This document shows positions 23,001 to 35,075 of a stretch of DNA of 64,000 nt, piece by piece. Position 1 is the stretch's first letter, and the number at the start of each line of letters is the position of its first letter. Source of the DNA: Octopus sinensis (taxonomy: Eukaryota); assembly GCF_006345805.1 (NCBI RefSeq), contig NC_043008.1:23312001-23376000 (forward strand), read 5' to 3'. The position numbers and the translations under genes are program-made. The notes below the pieces were generated by a model that saw nothing but the letters and a program-made list of their open reading frames with translations, was not told the origin of the DNA and searched no databases.

Positions 23001-23725
23001 TCATTTTTGATAGGCAGAAAGCAAACAATTATCACGCGTGCATGCACGCATGTGTGTGTGCATTTGTAATGGGGTTAGTTGCTTACATTGACTCTGTATT
23101 TTATTTTATTGACCTTGGAAGGATGAAAGGCAAAGTTGACCATGGCAGAATTTGAAATTAGAATGTAAATAATAAAATACCACATAGCATTTTTGCTGAC
23201 ACGGTAATATTCGGCTAACATTGTTTTTGATGTCATATTTGGCTAATATTTGTTTTTGATGTCATATGTATAGAAATAGCCTAAAGTCTATATGTTTACT
23301 TTTGAGCAATTCTGATGCCAGGGTGGTAGGTCCAGTATGTTAGCACAGTGTTCAGCCTGTGATATTAGTCACTATGTATTATTATAAAGCTGGATGCTAA
23401 TGACATGTGGCTGTAACCCTAAAATGCTTGAAATTTATTGACATAAAAGATGAATTTTTGTTTTTTGCTACAGAATGAGAAATGGAGGGATGAGAAACAT
23501 AAACAACAGACACATTTGAAAAATACTTTTGTTATTGAATACTTTCATTCTTTAATTCTTATAATTTAATTTGAAATGTGTCACTTGTTTATGTTTACCA
23601 ATTACATTGTTTGTCTCATAACTTAACCAATATTTAGAGATAGTTTATTTCAAAATGTAACCATTTTTAGATATGAACTTTAAACTTTTGTAAGCTGTTG
23701 TCATATGATGGAATGTTATTTTACC

Positions 23726-23799
23726 TAACTGAAGAGGCTGAACAGTGCCTTGAGAAGTTACTGCTTTTATGACCAACAATACTCTGTAGTGATATAGAA
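23726..23799 (+). pseudogene. Degenerate partial duplicate of the IQCH exon at 24062-24237
   Basis: Ungapped alignment to 24101-24174, 59/74 nt identical by hand count. Reads LTEEAEQCLEKLLLL*PTILCSDIE versus LTEEAEQYYEKLLALRPAILSGDIN. Confidence 0.85.
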
Positions 23800-24061
23800 A
23801 TGGTGAAGAAACATCTTCATCAGCATAAAGGCATGAAAATAATTAGAATAATTCAAATTACATAGTGCAGCAAGAAATCTGTGGGGTTGTATTACAAGAG
23901 AAAAAAGGAGACTCTTTCGTTTCCCTGTGCATTGTCTCTTAGTGGCAACACCTTTTTGTCAACAGTTTATTTTATTTATGCTTTTGGCATACCCCAAGTA
24001 TTTAATCACGGTGCATGCATATTTGTTTAAGATTATTTCAAGCTGATAATTTTATTTTCAG

Positions 24062-24237
24062 ACCCCAATGTTGATGTTATCTACATTTCTCCGACACATT
24101 TAACTGAAGAGGCTGAACAGTACTATGAAAAGCTCCTGGCTTTACGACCAGCCATACTCAGTGGTGATATAAACAAAATCAGTGATATGACGAAACGAGT
24201 AACATTTATAGTTCCTGAAGTTATAACACATTTTTCT
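24062..24237 (+). CDS. IQCH: IQCH exon (D-PNVDVIYISPTHLTEEAEQYYEKLLALRPAILSGDINKISDMTKRVTFIVPEVITHFS)
   Basis: TTTTCAG acceptor, GTAAGT donor, 176 nt (phase 1 to 0), open frame; D.NV.VIY motif of IQCH. Confidence 0.92.
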
Positions 24238-24289
24238 GTAAGTTTTAATTACTAAATGAGATTAAAAAATATGGCAATAATTTCACTTG

Positions 24290-25740
24290 GTTTGATGAGT
24301 CTTCTCAAGCACAGCATATTGCCAAAGGTCTCAGTCACTTGTCACCTTTGTGACAACAAGATCATGTTACTGGCAAAGACTATGATTACAATTTCATGGG
24401 TGTCGCTTACATGACACTGGCAACAATCACAAATACTATTTAACTTGGCTTGTTGAGTCTTCTCAAGCACAGCATATCATCAAATGTCTCAGTCACAAGT
24501 CATGAGGCCCAACATCCGAATATCATGCTTCACCATCTTGTTCCATGTCTTCCTGGTTTTACCTCTTCCACAGGTTCCATCCACAGTTAGAGATCAACAC
24601 TTCTTTACACAGCTGCCTTCAGCCATATGAATCACATGACCATACCAGCACATTTGTCTCTCTTTTGCTCACTACTATGCCCAGTTTTTATCAGAAGATG
24701 TATACACTTTGTCATAAATACACATGCTCATTGTACATCCAGCAAAGCATGCCAACTTCCTTTCTTTGCATGTCTTCTGCAGTCACAGCCCACATTTCAC
24801 TGTCATGGAGCATGGCTGTTTGCACACAGGCATAATACAGTCTGAGGGAGAGGCCCTTTGTTACCAATAGAGGTAGGAGCTCTCTGGACTTCGCCCAGCC
24901 TATTCTTATTCTAGCAGCTATGCTTTTGTAGCATACACATCCACTGCTGACTTGGTTACCTAGATAACAGAAGATATCAACTACTTCTACAGCAGTAGGT
25001 ATCCCCACTGGCATGTGATGGAGTCTATTTTCTGTACATTTCTAGTGTTTATTGTACCTGTACATCTCACACACACGACTATTTTCCCTGTTAACCTTCT
25101 TCTGATATTGCTGCACTTCTCACGTGTCCATAGCTTGTATTGAGTACATCTTATGGAATTTCTACCTACACTTTTTCTACATATTGAGCAGGGCCATCTA
25201 CCTGAAGGGATTTGTGATTTGTTCTTTTTCGTACTTATTAAAACTTTGATTTTTCTAAATTAACTTTGAGGCCCTTTGATTCTAGACCTTGCTTCCACAT
25301 CTGAAATTTCTTCTCTAGTTTTGGTAGTGATTCAGCTGTAAGAATGTCATTAGCATAGAGAAGCTCCCAGGCACAGCTCATCTTAAATTCCTCTGTTATT
25401 GCCTAGAGGGCTATGGTAAACTAGAGGGGGCTGAGGACTGATCCTTAGCTGAATTCATCATTATTCTCATTACCAACCTTCACCTTCCTGACAGCATCTC
25501 TGTACATGGCTTGTACAGCTTTCACCAACCACTCTCCTAGCTCTAATTTCTGCATTGACCACCAGATAAGGGAGTAGTGAATCCTGTGAAAGGCTTTCTC
25601 TATGTCAACAAAAGCCAAATATAGAGATTCATTTTTGGCTTGGTACTTCCCCTGCAGCTGCCTTGCCAGAAATATTGCATCAGTGGTGCTTCTCCTTGGC
25701 ACAACACCAAACCCCATCCTAATTAGGAAGTTGGGTTATA
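24290..25740 (-). mobile_element. Old RTE LINE fragment
   Basis: ORFs 24712-25014 and 25445-25717 (GFGVVPRRSTTDAIFLARQLQGKY...LAFVDIEKAF). Confidence 0.85.
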
Positions 25741-28700
25741 ACGTGTAAATAAAGTTTAGCAAGACAAATAGAACTAAAAAAGTGAATAAATTCATGTCTT
25801 TGTGCATGTGTGTGTGTGTGTGTGTGCATGTGTGTGCGCACATGCTCGCGTATGTATCTTCTTTCTTTTGCAGCAACCAAATGCCTTATTCTGACACCAT
25901 GTTATGTCATGTTATAATGATGTAGATAATTAGAAAAAATAAAGGAAGGCATTACATGTAGTTCATTAAACAGGCAACCATTACTGGAAACTGACTTGCA
26001 CTGAATATTGTATTAAAGTGTGATTAGTTAAATAAAATGATAAGTAATAAGTAATCTTAGAACTGAAGGGATGTTACTCAATACATTACACCTGCATAGT
26101 ACCACTTGCAGTTTCATCTCCTATAATCAAAGATTTATCATCTCTTGCACTGGGCTAACCTGAGATGACTATGGCTAGTCTTCCTGTTAGCTTTCCATTT
26201 GAATCATATATGAGCAGCTTATGACTAAGAATGGTGACTCATCAAAACTATTTAAAAAATTTTTAGCTTTTCTTCCCTTTCTTTTTTTGCAATTCTTTTA
26301 GCAGTGCTTTGTGAAAGTCTCAAATTTTCAAGAGTTTCTTTAAAACCTACTGCATAAGAAGCAGTTAAATATGTTCTATCTGCTAATGGAATATTTAGAC
26401 TATTCTACATCAAGGAGATGAGGAGATTGCACTATTTTCTTTTTCCACTTTCTTGTACCTTTGGCACTTATAAGACTTAGCTAAATTATTAGCATCAAAT
26501 CCACAAGAAGTGAATGAAGTTGAAGGATTACATGTTAAAGCATTTCTTTTTCCATCTTTTTTGCTTGTATTTTCTGAACTTTACATACATAATTCTTATC
26601 CAGTCCACCTAGTTACCTTTTCATTGCACCTAAAATTCCAGATTGCAAGATTTTGCAAATGGTTGCATCATGTCCAAATAAATTGGCAAGTTTTTCTTTA
26701 AAATTGTCAGGTGTTCTATGAAAGTGATTTGTTTTTTAGTTTGGAAGAAATTAATCTGACTCATTCATCAATTAGGGTCTTAAATTTTATCTGGGGCTAA
26801 TTTGTTTCCATCTTGTGAAGGGATATTGACTGCATACTGATTTTCTCTAACTTTATTTAATATAACACCCATCAGATAGCTTTAATTTTCTTGTTTATGT
26901 TCACATCTAATTAAATATTGGATCTGTTTTAAAACTTGATTGTTTGTTGGTATCATGCTTCAAGGCTTGCTGGCAATGTTTTTCAGAAGGCTTTCAAAAA
27001 TTTCATCTGCTGGTTCACTTTTTTCTCTCAAATATATTTGTAAATTTTAAGCTAACAAATTTTTAACCAATCTATTTTAATTTAACTTTATTGTATTCCT
27101 GAAATATATGATTATTACAGTTACCATGTTATAATATAATTATATCACTTAAAATGATAATTAATGAGAATTAGCATGAAAAATTAAACTTTATATCCAT
27201 TCTATAGCTCATAAAATGTACTGTTATATATAATCCTTTTCTTCTGCATAAAAATCAAGTCTAAAATAAAAAGATGTCACAGCACCAAAAATTTGAAAAT
27301 AAAAACCTTATAAAATTTGACCTCCAATGATTCAAAACATTTACACCCTGTAAGGGATATAAATATTGATAAACCAATCTGATATTTGACATGATCATGT
27401 TTTTGATGATGCATTAATGGATGAAAGTTAATGTAAGTCATATTTCAAAGCTTAAAAAAAAAAATGACACACCCCAATTGACTTAGTTGAGGACCATGCA
27501 CTGATATGCAGTGATGAGTTGTGTGTGGGAAGTGTGACAGTGAGTGTGGGTATGTCTCTCCAATGTCCAGTGTATTTGTTTATAGCTATTATTGCTACAG
27601 ACTAGTCCCCAAGTCAATGCTGATCAAGCAGGCCTTTGATCAATTCATTAATTAATATGTCCTTTTTGTATTAACACAGTGTGGTGAGATTTGAGGGAGA
27701 TTGTACTGAGTGATCACATAGAGACCTTTCATTGACATATGGGACAATGTATGTGATTTGAATGCATCAGTGTTTATGTGTACTACATTATTTGTTGTTG
27801 GTTAATCTCGAGACTTTATTGAATAATCCTAGGATCAAATGCATTCCAGATATGAGTATCCCATCTTTTTTAGAGTTTTTTCTTAAACACAGCACTGTTT
27901 AATGCATCCTTCCATGTATAACACAGTGGTGTTTGATTTCAAAGAGTTTGGCTGCTATTTTGTGTAGAGACAAGTGAAGCAGATTCAGTCAAAGCATGAA
28001 TTGCTACTCCTCTACAATTATTATTGAGTGTGCATCTGAGCACAATATTTTTGAGCTAGTAAGCAATTTCTGTGTTCAGGTTTTTTTGTTATACTTACTT
28101 GGACTGAATGGAGGAGATAACTTATTTAGGAATACTTTTGTAATAGCATTCTGGTGTTGTTATATATATTTTTAAGTCAAACTCTACTGAGTGCCATGTT
28201 TGAAAAGGAACTCTAAAAAAGATGGATACTCATTGCCACCATTTATCTCTCTCTTCCTTACTCTGCCATCCATCTATGCTCTAATTCCTGTTACTTGTGA
28301 GTATACCCTGGCACTTCACCACCATCTCTTTCCTGCTCACCCTTGCACTTTTGCTGTTTCCTCTTTTTCTCTCTTTCCCTTGCTCTTCCCTCTGGCTGGG
28401 TAGCCATGTATCTCCTCTACAGCAGCACACCTGTTTTGGCCCTCGCTCTTCATCACTATCTCTCCTTCTCTTGCTTTTTCCTCTGGTTAGGTAGTCCAGT
28501 ATCTCCTTTACATCAGCACACCTGTTTCAGTCATCTTTCTTGTTACCTCTCTCTCCCAGCTGTAAAAACCCTGCCATAACTGACCTCACCTGTGCTGGTA
28601 CCACATAGAACATACTCAGTCCACTTTGTGGAGTGGTTGGTGCTAGGAAGGGTATCCAGCCATAAAAACCCTGCCAAAATGGATACAGTAATCATTTTTT

Positions 28701-29048
28701 ATTAAAACTTGTGTTACCCATTATATGATTGGTAACTTTGGAATTATACTTTTGACACCATGGATAATATCAGGAAATACAGCATGGATGCAATAATTAT
28801 AGCTTTACTTTTGTCAGATGTCTTGGTGCTTATACTAAATGATGAAATGAATTCTAATTTTCAAAAGAATATTTTTACCTTAAAATAAGGCCAAATAAGT
28901 AGCAGAGGAATGGTATTTGGCAAATTTGAAAAAATAGAAATTATTTTTATGTTTATTTCCCCATATTTTTATTTTCATCCACCCATATTTTAATCTTCAT
29001 TTACTTATATCACATTGATGTTTATTTACTCATACATCATTATTTCAG

Positions 29049-29321
29049 AGAAAAAAGATGTGTCTTGCATCAATGCTGAAATATAGTCCTGTAGCACTGA
29101 GAAGAATAAAAAATTTAGTGAAAGGTCGTGAAGCATACATTGTTCCAGGCATGGTTTATATGGATGACATGGAAGTGGCTAAGCAATTAGACTTAGCAAT
29201 TCTTGGTCCTGATCCTGAAACAGCCCAACTGTATTCTACAAAGTCAGGAGTCAAGCGAATTTTTCAGAGTTCTGAAGTAAACATGCCACCTGGAATTTTT
29301 GATATCTATACTGAAGAGCAG
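29049..29321 (+). CDS. IQCH: IQCH exon (RKKMCLASMLKYSPVALRRIKNLVKGREAYIVPG...LYSTKSGVKRIFQSSEVNMPPGIFDIYTEEQ)
   Basis: TTTCAG acceptor, GTAAGT donor, 273 nt (phase 0 to 0). MCLA..L.YSP....RIKNL..G.EAYIV and LYSTKSG.KR.F are IQCH motifs. Confidence 0.95.
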
Positions 29322-29934
29322 GTAAGTAGGTTGTTTTTGGATTCATTTTTAAGCATTTAAAAACATGGATCTATAGGGAACTGCTGTACTGACAGATGAA
29401 GAGTTGAGCATTGATAGTTTATTGTGCATTTCTGGCTAAGGTGCTTTGTCTTAATGGTTCTATCTGACTTGCAACAAATAAGTAACATAGTGTGGTTTAG
29501 TTCACTGTTGTTTTGTATAGCTGATCTCAAAAGAAACTCATTACACAGAGGCATCTGTTCTTAAGTCAATATGTTATTCAATAATAAAGGATTCCTATAG
29601 ATAAAACAACCCCAACCCCATTAAAATTGACTTAAAAAGGCATTGTGGTGATAGGAACTCTATAACTACTATCTTTGTCATGATAAATAAAGCAGTTGGG
29701 AAATTTCATTATGGAAGTCACTGCAGATTCATTATGATCCTCTGATAATTAGCTTCATTCATCACCATCATCATCATCATCATCGTTTAGCGTCCGTTTT
29801 CCATGCTAGCATGGGTTGGACGGGTCAACTGGGGTCTGTGAAGCTGGAAGGCTTCGTCAGGCCCAGTCAGATCTGGCAGTGTTTCTACGGCTGGATGCCC
29901 TTCCTAACGCCAACCACTCCGCGAGTGTAGTGGG

Positions 29935-30423
29935 TGTTTTTTACGTGCCACCTGCACAGGTGCCAGACAGAGCTGGCAACGGACGCGAACAGATGGTGCT
30001 TTTACGTGCCACCGACACGGTTGCCAGACAGAGCTGGCAAACGGCCACGAGCGGACGGTGCTTTTACGTGTCACCGGCACGGGGGCCAGCCGAGGCTGGC
30101 AACGGACACGGACGGATGGTGCTTTTACGTGCCACCGACACGGGGCCAGACAGAGCTGGCAAACGGCCACGAACGGATGGTGCTTTTACGTGCCACCGAC
30201 ACGGGGCCAGACAGAGCTGGCCAACGGCCACGAACGGACGGTGCTTTTACGTGTCACCGGCACGGGGACAGGCGAGGCTGGCAACGAACATGAACGGATG
30301 GTGCTTTTACGTGCCACCGACACGGGGCCAGGCAGAGCTGGCAAACGGCCATGAGCGAATGGTGCTTTTACGTATCACTGGCACGGGTGCCAGACGAGGC
30401 TGACAGCGGACACGAACAGATGG
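29935..30423 (-). repeat. ~61-bp minisatellite (8 units) in the RTE 3' UTR
   Basis: TTTTACGT recurs at about 29939, 30000, 30062, 30124, 30185, 30246, 30306 and 30367. Confidence 0.92.
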
Positions 30424-30470
30424 GTCACTTAACCCCTGCTTTCTGATATATGATTTGATTTTGATTGTTC

Positions 30471-32438
30471 TTACTGGTCTTGCCGGGTCTTCTCACGCAC
30501 AGCATACTTCCGTAGGTCTCGGTCTCTGGTCATTTCCTTGGTGAGACCTAGAGTTCGAAGGTCGTGCTTCACCACCTCGACCCATGTTTTCCTGGGTCTA
30601 CCTCTTCCACAGGTCCCCTCAACTGCCAGGGTGTGGCACTTTTTCACACACCTATCTTCATCCATTCTCACCACATGACCATACCAGCGCAATCGTCTCT
30701 CTTGCACACAACATCTGATTCCTCTTAGGTCCAACTTTTCTCTGAAGGTACTTACACTCTGTCGACTATGAACACTGACATTACACATCCAACGGAGCAT
30801 ACTAGCTTCATTTCTCGCGAGCTTACGCATGTCCTCAGCAGTCACAGCCCATGTTTCACTGCCATGTAGCATGGCTGTTCGTACACATGCATCATACAGT
30901 CTGCCTTTTACTCTGAGCGAGAGGCCTTTAGTCACCAATAGAGGTAAGAGCTCCCTAAACTTTGCCCAGGCTATTCTTACTCTAGCCGTTACACTTTCAG
31001 CACACCCACCCCCACTACTGACTTGGTCACCAAGATAACGGAAGCTATCAACCACTTCTAGTTTTTCCCCCTGGAAAGTGACGGAAGTTGTTTTCTGCAG
31101 ATTTTCAGAGGTTAATGCTCCCGAGCATCTGCCACATACAAAAACCATCTTCCTAGTTAGCCTTCCTATGACATTGCTGCACCTCTTATGTGTCCATAGC
31201 TTACACTTGGTGCATCTTATAGAGTTTCTACCTACACCTTTTCTACAGATCGAGCAGGGCCATCTACCTGAAGGCGTTTGTGATTTGTCTACCTTCCTAC
31301 TTATTACGACTTTGGTTTTAGCTCTAAGGCCCTTCGATTCTAAACCATGCTTCCACACCTGAAACTTCTTCTCCAGTTCTGATAATGACTCAGCAATTAG
31401 AGCAAGGTCATCAGCATAGAGGAGCTCCCAGGGGCATCCTGTCTTGAATTCCTCCGTTATTGCCTGGAGGACTATGATAAATAGGAGGGGGCTGAGGACT
31501 GAGCCTTGGTGGACCCCTACCTCTACCCGGAATTCTTCACTGTACTCATTTCCAACCCTCACCTTACTAGCAGCGTCCCTGTACATGGCTTGCACAGCTC
31601 TCACTAACCATTCTTCTATTCCTAGTTTCCTCATTGACCACCATATGAGGGATCGGGGGACCCTGTCGAAGGCTTTCTCCATGTCAACAAAAGCCAGGTA
31701 CAGGGCCTTATCTTTGGCTAGGTATTTCTCCTGCAGCTGCCTTACCAGGAATATAGCATCAGTGGTACTTTTCCCTGGCACGAAACCAAACTGCATCTCA
31801 TCTAAACTAACTCTCTCTCTAATTAGTTGCCTTATGACCCTCTCTGTAACCTTCATCACCTGATCCAACAGCTTGATACCTCTGTAATTATTTGTATCTA
31901 GGGCATCACCTTTACCTTTGTAGCAGTTGACTATTATGCTGCTACACCAGTCATTGGGTATGACTCCTTCATGTATCACCTGATTAACTATACAGGTGAC
32001 TAGGCTATAGCCGACACTACCAGATATTTTGAGCATCTCTGCAGTGATACCTGATGGGCCTGCGGCTTTCCCTGTCTTCATGCTTCTAATTGCCTTAGCT
32101 ACTAAGGAACTATCAACCCTGATAGCTGGTCCCTCTGTTGGGTCAACGTTCGGCAGACTCTCTTTATCCCATTCATTTTCTTTATTCAGCAACCTTTCAT
32201 AGTGGCATCTCCAAGCCTCTCTCTTTGCATCCTCGTTTAGCGCAAGTGAACCATCTTCCATGCGAACACACTTCTCTCCCACCACATCACGATTCTCTCT
32301 CACACACTGTCTTGCAACGCGAAACACCTCCAGTCTTTGGTCCTCACGGCGCAGAACATTGGCAAATTTTTTCTTATCTGCTTCCCCTCTGGCTAGATAG
32401 ACCTGTCTCCTAGCTTCCCTTTTAGCAGTCTGATACAA
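30471..32438 (-). CDS. RTE ORF2 remnant: reverse transcriptase + PHD-like C4HC3 finger (655 aa, endonuclease missing)
   Basis: No stop over 655 codons; by hand translation the frame stays open about 75 codons further upstream. Motifs YADD, QGSVLSPLLF, CSIC-x10-CTKC-x4-H-x2-C-x14-CGRC. In-frame 3-aa deletion (GLR-AKTKV versus GLRVNLAKTKV in copy 1). Confidence 0.9.
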   Translation of the reverse strand: MYQTAKREARRQVYLARGEADKKKFANVLRREDQRLEVFRVARQCVRENRDVVGEKCVRMEDGSLALNEDAKREAWRCHYERLLNKENEWDKESLPNVDPTEGPAIRVDSSLVAKAIRSMKTGKAAGPSGITAEMLKISGSVGYSLVTCIVNQVIHEGVIPNDWCSSIIVNCYKGKGDALDTNNYRGIKLLDQVMKVTERVIRQLIRERVSLDEMQFGFVPGKSTTDAIFLVRQLQEKYLAKDKALYLAFVDMEKAFDRVPRSLIWWSMRKLGIEEWLVRAVQAMYRDAASKVRVGNEYSEEFRVEVGVHQGSVLSPLLFIIVLQAITEEFKTGCPWELLYADDLALIAESLSELEKKFQVWKHGLESKGLRAKTKVVISRKVDKSQTPSGRWPCSICRKGVGRNSIRCTKCKLWTHKRCSNVIGRLTRKMVFVCGRCSGALTSENLQKTTSVTFQGEKLEVVDSFRYLGDQVSSGGGCAESVTARVRIAWAKFRELLPLLVTKGLSLRVKGRLYDACVRTAMLHGSETWAVTAEDMRKLARNEASMLRWMCNVSVHSRQSVSTFREKLDLRGIRCCVQERRLRWYGHVVRMDEDRCVKKCHTLAVEGTCGRGRPRKTWVEVVKHDLRTLGLTKEMTRDRDLRKYAVREKTRQDQ

Positions 32439-32699
32439 TTCCCTGCTACCACCATTCTTCCAGTGCTTCCAAGTCTGTCTCTTTTCTCTAATAGCCCTGT
32501 CTACGACACTGTTCCACCACCATGTTACCTTGGGACGAGAGGGGACTTTGCACCAGCCACAGATCTGGTCAGTGGCTCTCAGCAGGTTGTCCCTTAGAAA
32601 CGTCCAGTTGTCCTCTACCCCATGTGATACACTATCCCCTTCTACTTCGTCAAAGGCTTCTTTATTAATTTTTTTTTCAGTCTATAAAAATGGAGTTTT

Positions 32700-32812
32700 T
32701 CATCATCATCATTGTCATCATCGTCACCACCACCACTACCACCACCACCACCACCACCATCACCATCATCATCATCATCATCATCATCATCACCATCACC
32801 ACCACCACCACC

Positions 32813-32843
<31 letters not shown>

Positions 32844-32865
32844 CCACCATCACCATCACCACCAC

Positions 32866-32907
<42 letters not shown>

Positions 32908-32908
32908 T
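32700..32908. repeat. Compound (CAT)n/(CAC)n tract, expanded tail of an older minus-strand RTE
   Basis: Abuts TTTAAATTCTGCTTTCCATGCTGGCATGGG, the reverse complement of the RTE 3' end. Confidence 0.9.
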
Positions 32909-34045
32909 TAAATTCTGCTTTCCATGCTGGCATGGGTTAGATGGTTTAACTGGAACCGACAAGCTGGACAGCTGCACCAAGATCCAGTCTGATTTGGCAT
33001 GGCTTCTATGGCTAGATACCCTTCCTAATGCTAACCACTTCAAGAGGGTAATGGGTGCTTTTTATATGCCACCAGCATGGGTGTCAGTTGCATACCACCA
33101 GCACTGGTGTCAGTTGCATGACACTAGCATTGGCCACAACTACAATTTCACTTGGCTTGATGGGTCTTCTTCTCAAGCATAGCATATCGCCAAAGGTCTT
33201 GGTCACTTGTTATTGCCTCCATGTGGTCCAACATTTGAAGATCATGCTTCACCACCTTGTCCTGTCTTCTTGGGTCTACTTCTTCCACAGGATCCATCCA
33301 CAGTTAGAGGTCGGCATTTCTTTACACATCTGTCCTTGTCCATACTCATCACATGACCATACCAGCACAGTTGTCTCTCTTGCACACCATATCTGATGTC
33401 TCTTATGGCCAACATTTCTCTTGTACATGTACACTGGCATTGCACATCCAGTGAAGCATATTAGCTTCTTTTCTTTCAAGCCTTTGTATGTTCTCAGCAA
33501 TTACTGCCCATATTTCACGGCCATGTAGCATGATTGTTCACACACAGGCATCATACAATCTGCCTTTCACTCTGAAGGAGAAGCCCTTAGTTACCAACAA
33601 AGGTAGGAGCTCTCTGAGCTTTGCCCAGCCTATTCTTATTCAAGCGGCTATGCTCTCGGAGTATCTACCTCCGCTGCTGACTTGGTTACCTAGATAATGT
33701 AAGCTATCAACTACTTCTACAGTAGGTATCCCCACTGGCATTTGATGGAGTCTATTTTCTGTACAATTCTAGTGTTTATTGTACTTATACACCTGCCACA
33801 CACAAAGAATATTTTCCTAGTTAACCTTCCTCTGATATTGCTGCACTTCTTATGTGTTACTCGCTTGCACTGGGTACATCTTATGGAGTTTCTCCCTACA
33901 CTTTTCTTACATATCGAGCAGGGCTATCTACCACTGGAGATTTGTGATTTATCCTCTTTCCTACTTATTACGACTTTAGTTTTTGCTAAATCAACTCTAA
34001 GGACCTTTGATTCTAAACCTTGCTTCCACACTTGAAATTTCTTCT
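32909..34045 (-). mobile_element. Older RTE LINE 3' part
   Basis: 3' end motif plus decayed C-terminal ORF pieces (RDIRYGVQERQLCWYGHVM...). Confidence 0.85.
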
Positions 34046-34089
34046 CTAGTTCTGGCAGTGAATTGTTTTTATAATTATAAGTGAAACAA

Positions 34090-34300
34090 GGGAGTGATCT
34101 GGCAGAATCCCTAGCATGCCAGGCAAAATGCTTAGCAGCATTTCATTTGTCTTTCTGTTCTGATTTAAATTCTGCTAAGGTCAACTTTGCTTTTCATCCT
34201 TTTGAGGTCAATAAAATAAGTATCAGTTTCACACTGGGGTCAGTATAATTGACTTTCTCCCTCTTTAAAACTGCTAGTCTTGTGCCAAAATTTGAAACTG
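34090..34300 (+). mobile_element. Diverged Nin/Deu-domain-type SINE
   Basis: AAGGTCAACTTTGCTTTTCATCCTTTTGAGGTCAATAAAATAAGTATCAG parallels the copy at 34504. Confidence 0.7.
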
Positions 34301-34503
34301 TTATTAAGAGTGAAATGGTACACATGATAGATTGAAGTTGGGGGATGAGTTTTGGTTGCGGTACCATAATAAACAAGATTTTAACTTTAGGCCTAACAGA
34401 CTGGTACCACTCACTCATTACTTGTGTAAATAGTTATTTTGATTAGGTAGAAATAAAATACATTTTGTGAACGTGCAGTGCATGCACTGAATATATGTTT
34501 GAA

Positions 34504-34735
34504 AGGCGGTGAGCTGGCAGAACCGTTAGCACGCCGGGCGAAATGCTTAGCGGTATTTCGTCTGGCATGACGTTGTGAGTTCAAATTCCGTCGAGGTCGA
34601 CTTTGCCTTTCATCCTTTGGGGGTTGATAAATTAAGTACCAGTTACGCACTGGGGTCGATGTAATCGACTTAATCCGTTTGTCTGACCTTGTTTGCCCCC
34701 TCTGTGTTTAGCCCCTTGTGGGCAGTAAAGAAATA
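34504..34735 (+). mobile_element. SINE with Nin/Deu-like central domain
   Basis: tRNA-like head (GGCGGTGAGCTGGCAGAACCG...GAGTTCAAATTCC) followed by GAGGTCGACTTTGCCTTTCATCCTTTGGGGGTTGATAAATTAAGTACCAG, which resembles the conserved Nin/Deu SINE core as I recall it. Confidence 0.75.
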
Positions 34736-35075
34736 TATGTTTGAAATAACTTTCTTCATATATGTACATAATCTCAACTTATCGGACAAAGATACTAGCA
34801 GAATAATGTTTTTCTGTTGATTGTGAACAAAGCAAGACATAAATATATGTTTCTAATAAGCACATCAATGCTTATCACATTGCAAAACTAGCTGCGCAGA
34901 TGAAAAAAAACTAAGTAAAACATCAAAATCTACCTTTGATCACCAGTAAAACACAATAAAATTATCTGATACCTGTTATTTCAACTTATTAGGTAAATTC
35001 TATTCATCTAGCAGCTAAATTTTTTTATTTATTGTTAATCTTTGATTTTTACCTAACCAAATCAACAACAACAAT

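Larger units (their letters stand above)
29762..32660 (-). mobile_element. Young 5'-truncated RTE LINE, copy 2, with uninterrupted RT ORF
   Basis: (CAT)n tail at 29762-29786, CCATGCTAGCATGG at 29801-29814, 8-unit ~61-bp array at 29935-30423, ORF 30471-32438. Confidence 0.96.

Noticed and set aside
29935-30423. Regularly spaced repeats resembling a CRISPR array
   Set aside because: Whole ~61-bp units are repeated with no unique spacers, there are no cas genes, the DNA is eukaryotic and the array lies in a LINE 3' UTR.
32530-33182. Poly-H, poly-D/G and poly-P/S ORFs
   Set aside because: Translations of the (CAT)/(CAC) tract.
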